Source: an uncultured Methanomassiliicoccales archaeon (GTDB taxonomy: Archaea > Thermoplasmatota > Thermoplasmata > Methanomassiliicoccales > UBA472). From it: a stretch of 64,000 bases of DNA. Under the pieces are notes generated by a model. It made no database searches. It had not been told where the DNA came from and saw nothing but the letters and a program-made list of their open reading frames with translations. A program made the position numbers and the translations under genes. The stretch lies in assembly GCA_963695345.1 (NCBI GenBank), contig OY968769.1, positions 736,001-800,000 of the forward strand. The letters run 5' to 3'. Below, piece after piece: positions 42,024-52,445 of this stretch (position 1 is the first letter of the stretch; each line of letters opens with the position of its first letter).

Positions 42024-45000
42024 TCAAAATGTAAAAAGATGAAATGGAACGGGTTTGGGGGGCCGGAACACCATCATTCCCTTCCCGGTCATCTCCGGAG
42101 GCCCGTTCGCCGGTCCCTCGTCCTGGGGCTGAGGCCCGGTCAGCGCCGGCGGGTTCCTTCTCCTGCGGACCAGCTTGACCAGGCCCACCAGGACGACCGA
42201 GATGGCCACAATGGCCCCCATGAACAGCAGGCCGTCGCTGGTGCCCGCCGGAGATACCTCCGCGTTGACCGTGAGGATCCCGGCCTGGATCGCGGCCATG
42301 GTCATGGACACCGGCGTGCTCTTGGATTGGTGACCGGGCTCGGTGACCTCCAGGGTGTAGTTTCCGACGACCACGTCGTAGAACGCGTAGGCCCCGTTTA
42401 TGTCCGTCGTCGTCACCATCACCTTGCCGACGCCGGAGGACGCCGCCAGCGAATACTGGCCCAGCACCGTCTGGGCGGCGGTCGACCCCCCGATGAGCTT
42501 CACGACGGCGTTGGCCACCGCCTTGCCGTCATAGCTCCGGACCACTCCGGATATGGTGCCCCAGGGAGCGGTCCGGAAGGTCCAGGTCTTGTTGACGGCG
42601 TTCCCGGCCAGGTCATGCCCTTTCACCGAGACCGTGTAGTAGGTCCAGCCCTTGAGCGCCTTGACCGGGGTGAACGACGCGCTGTCCTCGTCCCATATCA
42701 CCGTTCCATTGACCCCGGCCACCATTATGAGGGTGGACGCCCGGTCCATCTCCTCGTTGAAGGTGATGTTTACGCCCACCCGGGTGGACTCGGCGTTTCC
42801 CCCGGGAGAGGTCATGAGGATGGTCGGTGACACCGTATCGACCGTGAACGGGATGACCGCGGTCACGACGTTCCCGGCGTTGTCGGTGGCCCGGATGTAG
42901 AATTTGTAGGTGCCGTCCCGGTAGGTGGCGGTCCTGCCCGCCACCGTCTGCTCCATCCATATGGAACCGTCGGTGCTGACCTCGGTAAGGAACACCCCGG
43001 AGCCGTTATCGCTCACCATCCAGCTGAACGTGACGTTCAGGCTGTTGACATGGCCGCCGGACTTCGGCGTCTTCATGGTCACCACCGGCTTGGAGAGGTC
43101 GACGACGATCGGGACCGACCGGGTGAGCACATTGTTCACCGCGTCGGTGGCCCGGACGTAGAGGGTGTGGGGGCCTTCCGCCAGCCCGCTCATCAGGTAG
43201 CTCGTCCCGGTGACCGGGGTCCACGGGTAAAGCTCGCTGCTGACCTCCACCTTCACCACCGCCGAGCTGAAATCGGTGACGTTCCACACCAGCCATACGC
43301 TGCCGGTGTTGTTGAAGGAATTGGTGATGGGCGAGATTATCTCCAGGATCAGGCTGTTGGCCCCGGCCATCGGGGTCACCACTATGGCGGCCGGGCTCGG
43401 CCCGTTGCCGATCGCGTTGTGGGCCGCCACGGTGAAGGAGTACGCCTGCCCGTTCGTCAGACCGGTGATGGTGGCGTAAATGGCGGTAACCGACTTCACT
43501 TCCACCCCATCCTGGAACACCACGTACCGGTCTATCATCAGTCCCCCGTCGGAAGGCGCGTTCCAGCTGAGGCTCACCATGGTGTCCCCCTGCAATGCGC
43601 TGAGACCGGTTATCTCGCCGGGCGCCCTGTGCAATGTCCAGAAGGCGGTCTCGGTGATGGGACCGTTGACGGTCACGGCGTCGATGGCCGGGTTGTCCAC
43701 CCCGTTATAGGCCTGCATGCCCGTTCCGGTCCAGCCGACGAAGGTGTATTGCTCGGTCGTTCCGGCGGCGGGCGCAGTAGCGGTAAGCGTGATCATGGAA
43801 CCGGCATCGAACCAGTTGACCCCCGGCAGCGGGGAGGTGGTGCCGAAGTTGGTCACCATGGTGACCTGGTACTGAAGGTTCCACCTCGCCGTCTCGGTGA
43901 TGGGCCCATACATCACTATGGCGACCGCGGTCATGGCGCTCACCCCGGTGTAGTTCCCGGAGCCGGTCCCGGTCCAGCCGGCCCACTGGTAGCGCTCGTC
44001 GGCGCTGTTCGCCGCAGGCGCGGCCGCGTCGATGATGATGGTCGTGCCGGCGCTCTGCCACAGGCCTGTTTCACTGACCTCCGGGTTGGTGGTGCCCAGG
44101 TTGGTGGCCATGGTCAGGAGGAACTGGTGATCGAAGTTGGCGATGACGGTCGCGTTCAGGGAGGTCACCGTATAGGTGTGGGACCGGGGCCCGAGGTCAT
44201 TCCAGGAAGTGAACTGGTACCGCTCGCCGGCAACGCCGGCGACCGATGATATGGCCTCGATGGTGTGCACCGTTCCGGACGCCCACCGGAAGCCCATCGG
44301 GGTCACCACCGGGTTTCCGTCCACCAGGACATAGCCGGAGCCGGTCGGATTGGAGGTGACGGTTATGCCGAGGATCAGTACGAAGTTCGCAGTGATGGTT
44401 CCGGTGCCGTTGATGTTCACGGTGGTCGTTGCGGTCTGGGAATCGAAGGTTATGGCCGCCGTGCCGCTGGTCCAGGAGGAGAACATGTAGTCGGTGGCAT
44501 TGAACGCCTGGATCGAAAGCCGCCCAGCGTTGACCCATTGGCTGACGCCGGACGGACTGACGGTGCCGCCGCCCGCCGGTGTCACGCCGAACGATATCTG
44601 GTATTGCCGGGTCCATTGGGCCGTCTCGGTGATCGGGCCGCCCACCGTCACCGCGTTCACGGCTTGCTGGCTGGTACCGGTATAGCTGCCGGTCCCGGTC
44701 CCCGTCCATCCGTTCCAGACGTATCTGTATCCAGTACCGGCCGGGGGAGCGACGGCGTCAAGCGAGACGACGGTGCTGGCATTGACCCATCGGGTACCGG
44801 CGACCGGCGTGGTGGTGCCGCCGCTGGTGGCCATGGTGAGATGGTATTGGTGATTGAAGTTGGCGATGACCGTCTCGGCCTCGATGGTCACCGTATAGGC
44901 GTGGGAGATCGGGCCTCCGTCGCTCCACGAGGAGAACGAATACCTTTCCCCGTTCACCACTGGTATCTCGGAAACCGCCGCCAGGTTGTGGATCTGTCCC

Positions 45001-47291
45001 GGGTACCAGATGAAGGTGGTGGGCGTGGCGGTCGCGTTTCCGTCCACCAGGACGTATCCCGACCCGGAGGGGCTGGATTCGATCCTGATGGGGACCGGCC
45101 TCGCCTCGAAGATGGCGGTGATGGTGCCCGGCCCTTCCACCATGACCTGGGTGGAGGCGTCCGTCTCCGCGCTGAAAGTGATCGAGGTCGAGTTGCTCGA
45201 CCATGATGAGAACAAGTAGCCGTTCGATGGGGTCGCCTGGATCGTCACGAGCGACCCCGCGTCATACCAATGAGGACCGGTGCCGAGATTGGTGGCGCCG
45301 ATGGCCGGTGTCGCGTCCGGACTGATCGCCAGCGTGACCAGGTACCGTTTTGTCCATCCGCCGGCCTCGGTGATGGGACCGTTGACGGTTATGGTGTGAG
45401 CTATGTCGCTTCCGGAATAGCTACCGATCCCGGTCCCCGACCAGCCTTCCCAGACGAACAGGACCCCGTACAGAACATTGTTGCCGGGGGCCGGCGGATT
45501 GGCGTCGATGGTGATGATGGAACCCGCCTCGTACCAATGCGATCCCGCCGTCGGCGTGGTGTCCCCGCTGTCGGCGGATATCGTGACCAGGTACTGATGG
45601 TCGAAGGTGGCGGTGATGGTGGCCGGGGCCATCGTCACGGTGTAGGAATGGGACAGCGCCCCGCCATCGCTCCAGGAGATGAAGGACAGCTTCTCGCTGG
45701 TCCCGATGTTGATGGCCGATACCGCCTCCAGGGTGTGGACCGTATTGGGAAGCCAGGAGTACGTGCCGGGGGTGACCATGGGGCTCCCGTCGACCAGGAC
45801 GTATCCGGACCCGGTTGGGCTGGAGGTGATCAGGACCTCGACCGGCATCAGAACGAATGCCGCGGTGATCTTCCCCGGACCGTTTATGGTCGCCACCGCG
45901 GAGGCCGAATTGGCACTGAAGGTGATCGAAGCGGTATCGCTGGTCCAGGACGAGAAGGCATATCCAGGCGACGGTGTGGCCAGGATCGGGAGGTTCCCGG
46001 CCTCATACCAAGCGGTGCCCGCCGCCGGAGAGATCGACCCTCCTCCATCTGAGGTGATCTCGAAGGTGACCTGGCAAAGGTGGGTCCAGTTCGCCGTCTC
46101 GGTGATGTCCCCGCCGATCGTAATGGTGTGCGTCTGCTCGGACCCGGTGTACGCTCCCGGACCCGACCCGGTCCATCCGTTCCAGACATATTGTTCACCA
46201 GCCCTCGCCGGCGGAGGGGTGGCCGATAAGGTGACCGACGCTCCCAGCTCGAAGGTCCCGCCGACGGACGTTGTGCCGTAGTTGGTGTGCATCTCAAGAT
46301 CGCACAGGACGACCGTGGTTATGCCCAGCCAGGTCGGATAACCGAACCCGGTGGCGCCATAATGATAATAGATCTTCAGACCGGCATGGTTGGTTATCGG
46401 AGAGACCCCGAGCGTCGGCTGGTTGCCCAGGAACTCCATCCGGACCAGTGAACCGGTCCCCTGGAAAGCCCGGTCCCCGATCGCGGTGACGCTGCTCGGA
46501 ATGATGACGCTCTGCAATCTGTTGCAGCCATAGAACGAATAGGCCCGGATGGTGGTGACCCCGTTCGGGATAGTAATGTCTCCGGTCTTGCCGCCGGGAT
46601 ACTGGACCAACGCGGTCATGGCATGATTGTAAAGAACGCCGTCGAGGCTGGCATAGTTCGAGTTGCCCGCGTTCACGTCAATATCGGTCAGGACGGAATC
46701 CAGCTGGAACGCCCCGGTCCCGATGCTGGTAACGCTGGCGGGGATCGTTATCGACTGCAGGGAGGTGCAGGAGGCGAAGGCGTAGGTGCCTATCGACTGG
46801 AGGCTGCTCGGGTTCTCGAACGTGAGGGGGTTCAGGTTCCCGCATCCCTCGAATGCGCTGTTGCCGATCGAGATGACCCCGTTCGGGATCGTTACGACAT
46901 TCAGACCGGTGCAACCGGCGAAGGCCGAGTTCCCGATCAGCTGAAGGGTTCCGGGGAGATTGATGGTCGCATGACAGTTCTCAAAGGCGTTGTCCCCGAT
47001 GGAGGTCACGCCCTCGGGCAATAGAACGAGGGTATGGTCGGTGCTGGCGAAGGCCGAGTCCCCTATCGATACCACCTGGAAGCCGTCAATGTTCGATGGG
47101 ATGATCAGCGCTGATTCTGCCCCATAATACTTGGTGATCTCCACCCCACCGGCGACGAACCTATACTCGTAATCACCATCCATGGAGAGAACTGCCGCTG
47201 CCGGAGTGGTGGCCACCATGACCAATGCCCCCAGCATCAGCATCAATGCGACCGCGAAAGTGATGAAGTTGACACGAGACCTCAGGAACAT
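42024..47291 (-). CDS. Surface adhesin-like protein, 1755 aa: signal peptide, BspA-type LRR, InlB-B-like repeats, FN3, Ig-like, Big_5-like, carboxypeptidase-regulatory-like domain, TM and basic tail
   Basis: Intact ORF with LRR_5 repeats (IPxxVTSIGxxAFxxCxxL). The C-terminal half is colinear with the 31302..37260 protein. Confidence 0.9.
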   Translation of the reverse strand: MFLRSRVNFITFAVALMLMLGALVMVATTPAAAVLSMDGDYEYRFVAGGVEITKYYGAESALIIPSNIDGFQVVSIGDSAFASTDHTLVLLPEGVTSIGDNAFENCHATINLPGTLQLIGNSAFAGCTGLNVVTIPNGVISIGNSAFEGCGNLNPLTFENPSSLQSIGTYAFASCTSLQSITIPASVTSIGTGAFQLDSVLTDIDVNAGNSNYASLDGVLYNHAMTALVQYPGGKTGDITIPNGVTTIRAYSFYGCNRLQSVIIPSSVTAIGDRAFQGTGSLVRMEFLGNQPTLGVSPITNHAGLKIYYHYGATGFGYPTWLGITTVVLCDLEMHTNYGTTSVGGTFELGASVTLSATPPPARAGEQYVWNGWTGSGPGAYTGSEQTHTITIGGDITETANWTHLCQVTFEITSDGGGSISPAAGTAWYEAGNLPILATPSPGYAFSSWTSDTASITFSANSASAVATINGPGKITAAFVLMPVEVLITSSPTGSGYVLVDGSPMVTPGTYSWLPNTVHTLEAVSAINIGTSEKLSFISWSDGGALSHSYTVTMAPATITATFDHQYLVTISADSGDTTPTAGSHWYEAGSIITIDANPPAPGNNVLYGVLFVWEGWSGTGIGSYSGSDIAHTITVNGPITEAGGWTKRYLVTLAISPDATPAIGATNLGTGPHWYDAGSLVTIQATPSNGYLFSSWSSNSTSITFSAETDASTQVMVEGPGTITAIFEARPVPIRIESSPSGSGYVLVDGNATATPTTFIWYPGQIHNLAAVSEIPVVNGERYSFSSWSDGGPISHAYTVTIEAETVIANFNHQYHLTMATSGGTTTPVAGTRWVNASTVVSLDAVAPPAGTGYRYVWNGWTGTGTGSYTGTSQQAVNAVTVGGPITETAQWTRQYQISFGVTPAGGGTVSPSGVSQWVNAGRLSIQAFNATDYMFSSWTSGTAAITFDSQTATTTVNINGTGTITANFVLILGITVTSNPTGSGYVLVDGNPVVTPMGFRWASGTVHTIEAISSVAGVAGERYQFTSWNDLGPRSHTYTVTSLNATVIANFDHQFLLTMATNLGTTNPEVSETGLWQSAGTTIIIDAAAPAANSADERYQWAGWTGTGSGNYTGVSAMTAVAIVMYGPITETARWNLQYQVTMVTNFGTTSPLPGVNWFDAGSMITLTATAPAAGTTEQYTFVGWTGTGMQAYNGVDNPAIDAVTVNGPITETAFWTLHRAPGEITGLSALQGDTMVSLSWNAPSDGGLMIDRYVVFQDGVEVKSVTAIYATITGLTNGQAYSFTVAAHNAIGNGPSPAAIVVTPMAGANSLILEIISPITNSFNNTGSVWLVWNVTDFSSAVVKVEVSSELYPWTPVTGTSYLMSGLAEGPHTLYVRATDAVNNVLTRSVPIVVDLSKPVVTMKTPKSGGHVNSLNVTFSWMVSDNGSGVFLTEVSTDGSIWMEQTVAGRTATYRDGTYKFYIRATDNAGNVVTAVIPFTVDTVSPTILMTSPGGNAESTRVGVNITFNEEMDRASTLIMVAGVNGTVIWDEDSASFTPVKALKGWTYYTVSVKGHDLAGNAVNKTWTFRTAPWGTISGVVRSYDGKAVANAVVKLIGGSTAAQTVLGQYSLAASSGVGKVMVTTTDINGAYAFYDVVVGNYTLEVTEPGHQSKSTPVSMTMAAIQAGILTVNAEVSPAGTSDGLLFMGAIVAISVVLVGLVKLVRRRRNPPALTGPQPQDEGPANGPPEMTGKGMMVFRPPKPVPFHLFTF

Positions 47292-47360
47292 TGAACCCGC
47301 CCCGAACTATATGTCCCCTAAGCATAGGACTAATTATTATGTTTGGGGGGCAACCCAATA

Positions 47361-47612
47361 TTATTCCCGAAATGGTGGGATTTGGCGAGACCATGTCCGA
47401 GGTTTCGTCGATCTGGCATGGCTGTGTTTAAAGCGTTCCCGGAACGTCTGCCGGTGGATCGACGCGTTGATTTCGTCAAGGCATATCCATATCCATTCTT
47501 CCCTTCTGGATTGATTGATCGCGAAATATCGTTCGGTCCACGGCAGTCCCGTAAGACTGTCCCAACTCGAATCGCCACCGGCATTCCCTCCACTCGGACT
47601 CCGGTCGGTCAT
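47361..47612 (-). CDS. Hypothetical protein, 83 aa
   Basis: ATG lies 4 nt after the DUF2164 stop. No recognisable family. Confidence 0.3.
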   Translation of the reverse strand: MTDRSPSGGNAGGDSSWDSLTGLPWTERYFAINQSRREEWIWICLDEINASIHRQTFRERFKHSHARSTKPRTWSRQIPPFRE

Positions 47613-47616
47613 CAGC

Positions 47617-47861
47617 TCATCTCGTTCGTATGATCTGTAGCGATATCATGTCCTCTATCCGGTCGCCCATGTACTTCGCCGAGTCGCCGACCCCTTGGTT
47701 ATAGAACTCCGGCGCCAGTTTCTCAACGATGAAGTCCAGCAACAGACCGGCGCCGAGATCGCCTATCTCTTCCCCCTTTCCGTCCTGAAGTACCTTTTAA
47801 TCGAGGAGACCATATCGATCCGCTGCTCCTTGGTCAATCTGATCCTTTCAATGCCGCCCAT
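47617..47861 (-). CDS. DUF2164 family protein (one-base frameshift, not in the ORF track)
   Basis: MGGIERIRLTKEQRIDMVSSIKRYFRTERG / EEIGDLGAGLLLDFIVEKLAPEFYNQGVGDSAKYMGDRIEDM. The halves join if the G5 run at 47772-47776 is G6. Confidence 0.8.
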
Positions 47862-48007
47862 GCTCCCTCAACTCCGAGAACGGTAAGCCTGTTGCGGAAT
47901 TAAGAACTTGCATCGCCTGGCAGTCTGTAACTTACATCCGTTCGATCGCCTCACCGGTTTTAAATATCCCCGGCAGGACTTCATTTCATGGTGATAGTGT
48001 CAAGGTC

Positions 48008-48820
48008 GTGGTAGTTTCCGACGTCCACCTGGGGAGCGAGGACAGCCAAAAGGAGTCCTTCGACTCGTTCCTGGCCTCCCTTCGCGAAGACCAGGACCTT
48101 ACCGATCTGGTGCTCCTAGGCGATATCGTGGAGATGTGGCACCGGGACGCTTCCGGGGTGTTCCTGGAGAACATGGACACCATGGGATTGCTCAAGGACC
48201 TGCAGCGGAGGATCAACGTCCATTGGGTGGCTGGCAACCACGACTATCACCTGCTCAAGCTGAAGAACCGGGCACCCCACTATCATTACCCGTTCGAGTT
48301 CCACGAGACGCTGGAGCTGGTGGACGGCGACCACACCTACCACTTCATGCATGGCTATGAGTTCGAGTATGGGAGCGAGACCAGGTTCATCAGGCCGATC
48401 CTGGAGATACTGTGCCATGTCATGTCCGATTCCGATGGTGTCCCCCGGGACGATGTGTGGAGCAACCTTGCCAAGAAGATGAGCGCCCTGCAGACCTCGG
48501 TCACCACCGAACGAGGGGAGGAGGGGAAGCTCAAGGTGACCACCGGAAGCATCAGCGAGAGCCCCGGGAAAAGGCTCAAGAACCGGGTCGAGGGAATAGA
48601 GAGACTGGCCTACGCCGAGGTCCGGGGAAGGCCGGGCCATGTGCTGATCTTCGGCCACACCCACGATCCGTTCATCAGTCAGGACGGGGACCTGGTGAAC
48701 ACTGGGTCGTGGGTCGCGGAGGGAGATCCCCACAATACCTATGTCGTCCTGCAGGAGGGCAGGCCGAGATTGTTCATCTACAACGGCGGGGAGATCCTGG
48801 AACGGAAGACCATGGGTTGA
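48008..48820 (+). CDS. Calcineurin-like metallophosphoesterase (LpxH-like)
   Basis: SDVHLG, LLGDIVE, GNHD, MHG, FGHTH and NTGSW motifs. Confidence 0.9.
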   Translation: MVVSDVHLGSEDSQKESFDSFLASLREDQDLTDLVLLGDIVEMWHRDASGVFLENMDTMGLLKDLQRRINVHWVAGNHDYHLLKLKNRAPHYHYPFEFHETLELVDGDHTYHFMHGYEFEYGSETRFIRPILEILCHVMSDSDGVPRDDVWSNLAKKMSALQTSVTTERGEEGKLKVTTGSISESPGKRLKNRVEGIERLAYAEVRGRPGHVLIFGHTHDPFISQDGDLVNTGSWVAEGDPHNTYVVLQEGRPRLFIYNGGEILERKTMG

Positions 48821-48929
48821 CCCTAAGGCTAAGAGGATGCGGTCCCTCCATGCCATCGTCGACAGCATTTAGGCCAGCGCAGTATTTTAATGAACCCGCC
48901 GCATATCCGGCCGGAGAGAGCTGATTCGA

Positions 48930-49598
48930 ATGGAGACCATCGAGGAGTGCGTGAGGAGACTGCTCAAGACGGATAACGACGGTGAAGAGCTGGCACTGGC
49001 CTTGACCTCCAAGTCCGGGAGCGCCATGGGCAATGAACGGCTCGAGTTCCTGGGCAATGCCGTGCTGAACATGCGCCTGGCCGAGGCGATCTACGGTATG
49101 GAACCACAGTTCGCCCCGGGGAAGATGTCCCTGATGTGCAATTATCTGAGAAGCAACCCGGTCCTGGTCCTCGTTGGCAGGGAGGGAGGGCTGGCGATAT
49201 CGCTTGCCCGGCACCACCGTGAGGAAGGCGGGAAGGTCACCGACAAAATGGTCTCCACTGCGTTCGAAGCGATCGTCGGTACGCTGTACGAGAATGCCGG
49301 TTACGAGGCGGCAAGCGAGTTCATCAGCCATTTCCTGCTTACGGAAGAGCTCATTACCAGCTCGGAGAAAGGCAAGGGAGCCATCACCGACCTTAAGGAG
49401 CTCAAGGACCGGAAACCAAGCGAAGTGGTCGTCCACCACAGCTTCTCCGAGAGTTCTGCGGATGGGGAACTGGTCTTCTGTCACACGACCACGATAAACG
49501 GGAAGACGGTGACCGGCGAGGGCAGGACCAAGAAAATGGCCGAGACCAAGGCGGCGGCCAAGGCACTCGAAGCGGCTATGGCCATGGGGCTGCTGTAG
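48930..49598 (+). CDS. Ribonuclease III family protein with C-terminal dsRBD, catalytic residues altered
   Basis: NERLEFLGNAVL signature, STAFEAIVG and dsRBD GEGRTKKMAETKAA. Confidence 0.9.
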   Translation: METIEECVRRLLKTDNDGEELALALTSKSGSAMGNERLEFLGNAVLNMRLAEAIYGMEPQFAPGKMSLMCNYLRSNPVLVLVGREGGLAISLARHHREEGGKVTDKMVSTAFEAIVGTLYENAGYEAASEFISHFLLTEELITSSEKGKGAITDLKELKDRKPSEVVVHHSFSESSADGELVFCHTTTINGKTVTGEGRTKKMAETKAAAKALEAAMAMGLL

Positions 49599-49679
49599 AG
49601 GTCCAAGACTGCGATAGACTAAGAAGAAGGCCATTTCTGAATCCGATCGAACCCCTTTAAAGAACCATGCACCAAACGT

Positions 49680-51401
49680 TCAGGGAGCAACGGCATTGCG
49701 CCATTTCCCTTCGGGCACGGTGAGCACGAACCTCGCCCCCTGTCCCGGCTCCCCCTCCTCGCGGATGGTGATACCGGTAATTGACAGCACCTCACGGGAG
49801 AAGAAGAGACCCATGCCGGTGTTCTTTCCGAAACCCCGGTCGAAGACACGTTCCTTGTCCTTGAGATCGATCCCGACACCGTCGTCCTGGACCGTGATCA
49901 GCAGCGAACCATTCTCCACCTTCGAGGAGAAACTGATACGGGATGTCGTTTGGCCATGCCTCATGGCGTTGTCGACGAGGTTGTGGAACACCTTTTCGAC
50001 GAGCGGGTCTGTGAGTATCTCCACGGCCGGCATCTGATCCTGAAGTTCGGGCCCGCTCGTGCCCATGCCCTCAACGCCCTTGCGAACCAGGGATGGCAGG
50101 TTTTCCCATCTGGGCGCGGTCATCCCGATGTCCTGATAGTCCTTGGTGAAAGCGATCATGTTCTCGATGTTGATGGCCGCCTCCATGGCGCGGGCCTGCA
50201 TCGATAGGGCCGAAACCAGGCCATTGGCGTTCTTGGCCAGCTCCAGATTTCCCCGCAGGACCATCAGCTGGTTGATGATGTCGTGCCGGGTGATCCCGGT
50301 CATGAGCTGAAGCTTGCGGTTGGCCTCGGCCAATGCCGTCTCTGCGTCGACCTTGGCGGTCTGATCGTGGAGCGTGCCCATGCTTGCCGGAGCGCCCTGG
50401 AAGAAGATGCGCGAGACGCTCAGGTCGACAAGTGCCTCCTTTGAACCGTCCTTGCGCAGCAACCTGACCCGTTCCAGCGCGCCGTCCTTGCCTTTGATCA
50501 GGGTCTTGGCCATAGCCTCCACACGCCCTCGGTCCTGAGGAGATATGAATTCCATTATCGGCCGGGTAAGCATGGTCTCCGGCGTGAATCCCAATATCCT
50601 CTCTATCGATGGGCTCATGAAGACGAACTTGCCATCCTGGATGATGAAGACCGCATCCTGACTGTTCTCGATGAGGATGCGATACTTTTCTGCCGACTCC
50701 TTTAGCGCCAGTGCCGCCTCGGACAGCCTGCGGTTCTCTTCCCTGCGTCTCATATGGAGAACGAAGAATATCGCCACCAACGTGGTGATCAGGATCGCGG
50801 CCAGGCCAGGTACCAATCCTGATTCGATTATCTGTTCGGTCCAATCCCGTGCATCCACATCTATGCCCAGGACCGCTACCACGAGGCCTGTTTCCGGGTC
50901 CTTGATGGGAACCATGCCGCTGACCCAGGTCCCCCACTGATCGATGAGGGGTCCGCCAGTCCCTTCCTTGCCCAAGAACGCGTTGTCAATCGTCACCGAG
51001 GTTATCTCATAGACTTGGCCAGGAGGAGAATTGTCTGGGGATGTCGCCGGTTCCGAATCTACGTAGAAGAAAATCGTGCCATTGGAGTATAGTCCAATCA
51101 GGTACACGAAACGGGCCGATGGCATTGCCGCGCGATCCTCGGCCATCAAGATCTTGAGTTTCTGATAGTGCGGGGAGCTTAGGTCCTCCGGCGTGGCGGT
51201 CAACGCCTTGATGTCGCTCACGTTCACTCCGGCAGCCGCGATCTTGGAATCGGTCAACAGGTCAGCGCGCATGCTGGCATCCTTTCCCACCATGGTCCCA
51301 TAGGTGGCGACTGTCCCGATCATCAGAATTGCCAGGCAAACTGCCAGGATTATCCGTGAAAACCTATCCAACTCTCTGACCTCCATGGTTGGAACCGTCA
51401 C
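49680..51401 (-). CDS. Membrane sensor histidine kinase (2 TM with extracellular sensor, PAS, HisKA, HATPase)
   Basis: Two TM segments, PAS YRILIENSQD, ITRHDIINQ, VFHNLVDNAMRHG, DDGVG and GMGLF. Confidence 0.92.
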   Translation of the reverse strand: MTVPTMEVRELDRFSRIILAVCLAILMIGTVATYGTMVGKDASMRADLLTDSKIAAAGVNVSDIKALTATPEDLSSPHYQKLKILMAEDRAAMPSARFVYLIGLYSNGTIFFYVDSEPATSPDNSPPGQVYEITSVTIDNAFLGKEGTGGPLIDQWGTWVSGMVPIKDPETGLVVAVLGIDVDARDWTEQIIESGLVPGLAAILITTLVAIFFVLHMRRREENRRLSEAALALKESAEKYRILIENSQDAVFIIQDGKFVFMSPSIERILGFTPETMLTRPIMEFISPQDRGRVEAMAKTLIKGKDGALERVRLLRKDGSKEALVDLSVSRIFFQGAPASMGTLHDQTAKVDAETALAEANRKLQLMTGITRHDIINQLMVLRGNLELAKNANGLVSALSMQARAMEAAINIENMIAFTKDYQDIGMTAPRWENLPSLVRKGVEGMGTSGPELQDQMPAVEILTDPLVEKVFHNLVDNAMRHGQTTSRISFSSKVENGSLLITVQDDGVGIDLKDKERVFDRGFGKNTGMGLFFSREVLSITGITIREEGEPGQGARFVLTVPEGKWRNAVAP

Positions 51402-51752
51402 CCGACGTGGCGACCGCTAGAAGAATGACGTATCTTTTCACTGATCCCTTATAGGAATATCTCGCCATTGACTATCCTGTCCCATCCAGGACCACCATCG
51501 GACGCAAGACAGGCATTCGCGTTACGCCCGGCGGCTGAGATGGATGGGAACTATTTGAGGTAAATCCCAGGCCGCGAACAATATTTAGGGGGTCGCATCC
51601 CAGTATCAAGGAATGGAACGACCGGGAATTTTGGCTGGGAACAATGGTACAGTCGAGTCGGAGGTTCATATGCCCCCTAGGGCAGACCAGCTAATCGATC
51701 TGAACCGACCAAGTGTTCTTTGATGCTTCCAGCAGGATCAGCAGAGGAGACC

Positions 51753-52445
51753 TCACTTCTTGACGTCCATCTCGATCCTTCCATCCTTCACGCCGATTAT
51801 GCGGTCGGTCTGTTCCGCTATCCTCCGATCGTGTGTGACGATCATGAAGGTTGTTCCCAATGTTTCGTTGATGTATCGGAACCTGGAATAGATGTTAGCG
51901 GTCGATTCCGAGTCCAGGTTCCCTGTCGGCTCGTCTGCCAGCACGATCTTGGGCTGGTTAATCAACGCCCTCGCCACCGCCGTCCGCTGCTGCTGTCCGC
52001 CGGACATGTTGGTGGACAGGTTGTCTTTGACGCCGGATATGCCCACCAGCTCCATCAGCTCCACCGCCCTGGCGGTGTCCTTGTCGTCCGCCTTTCCTTT
52101 CCGGATTATGACCGGCAGTAGGACGTTCTCCAGCGCGGTGAACTCCGGCAGCAGGTAGTGGAATTGGAAAATGAAACCAATGGTCTCGTTGCGCAGTTTC
52201 GCCAGCTGGTTCTTCTTCATCTGGTCCGCCCTTACCCCATCGATCAGCACCTCGCCGGAGGTGGGCGTGTCCAGCGTGCCGAGGATGTTGAGGAGGGTGG
52301 TCTTTCCGCTCCCGGAGGCCCCGATGATCGAGTTGAAGCTGCCTTTCTCGACCTCCAGGTTTATGTCGAACAGAACCTGGGTCTTGATGTCCCCGGTGAC
52401 GTAGACCTTGTCCACGTGGCGTATCTCCAGGACCTTCTCAGCCAT
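51753..52445 (-). CDS. ABC transporter ATP-binding protein (LolD/MacB-like)
   Basis: Walker A GASGSGKT, signature MSGGQQQR, Walker B VLADEPTGNLD and H-loop VTHD. Confidence 0.95.
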   Translation of the reverse strand: MAEKVLEIRHVDKVYVTGDIKTQVLFDINLEVEKGSFNSIIGASGSGKTTLLNILGTLDTPTSGEVLIDGVRADQMKKNQLAKLRNETIGFIFQFHYLLPEFTALENVLLPVIIRKGKADDKDTARAVELMELVGISGVKDNLSTNMSGGQQQRTAVARALINQPKIVLADEPTGNLDSESTANIYSRFRYINETLGTTFMIVTHDRRIAEQTDRIIGVKDGRIEMDVKK

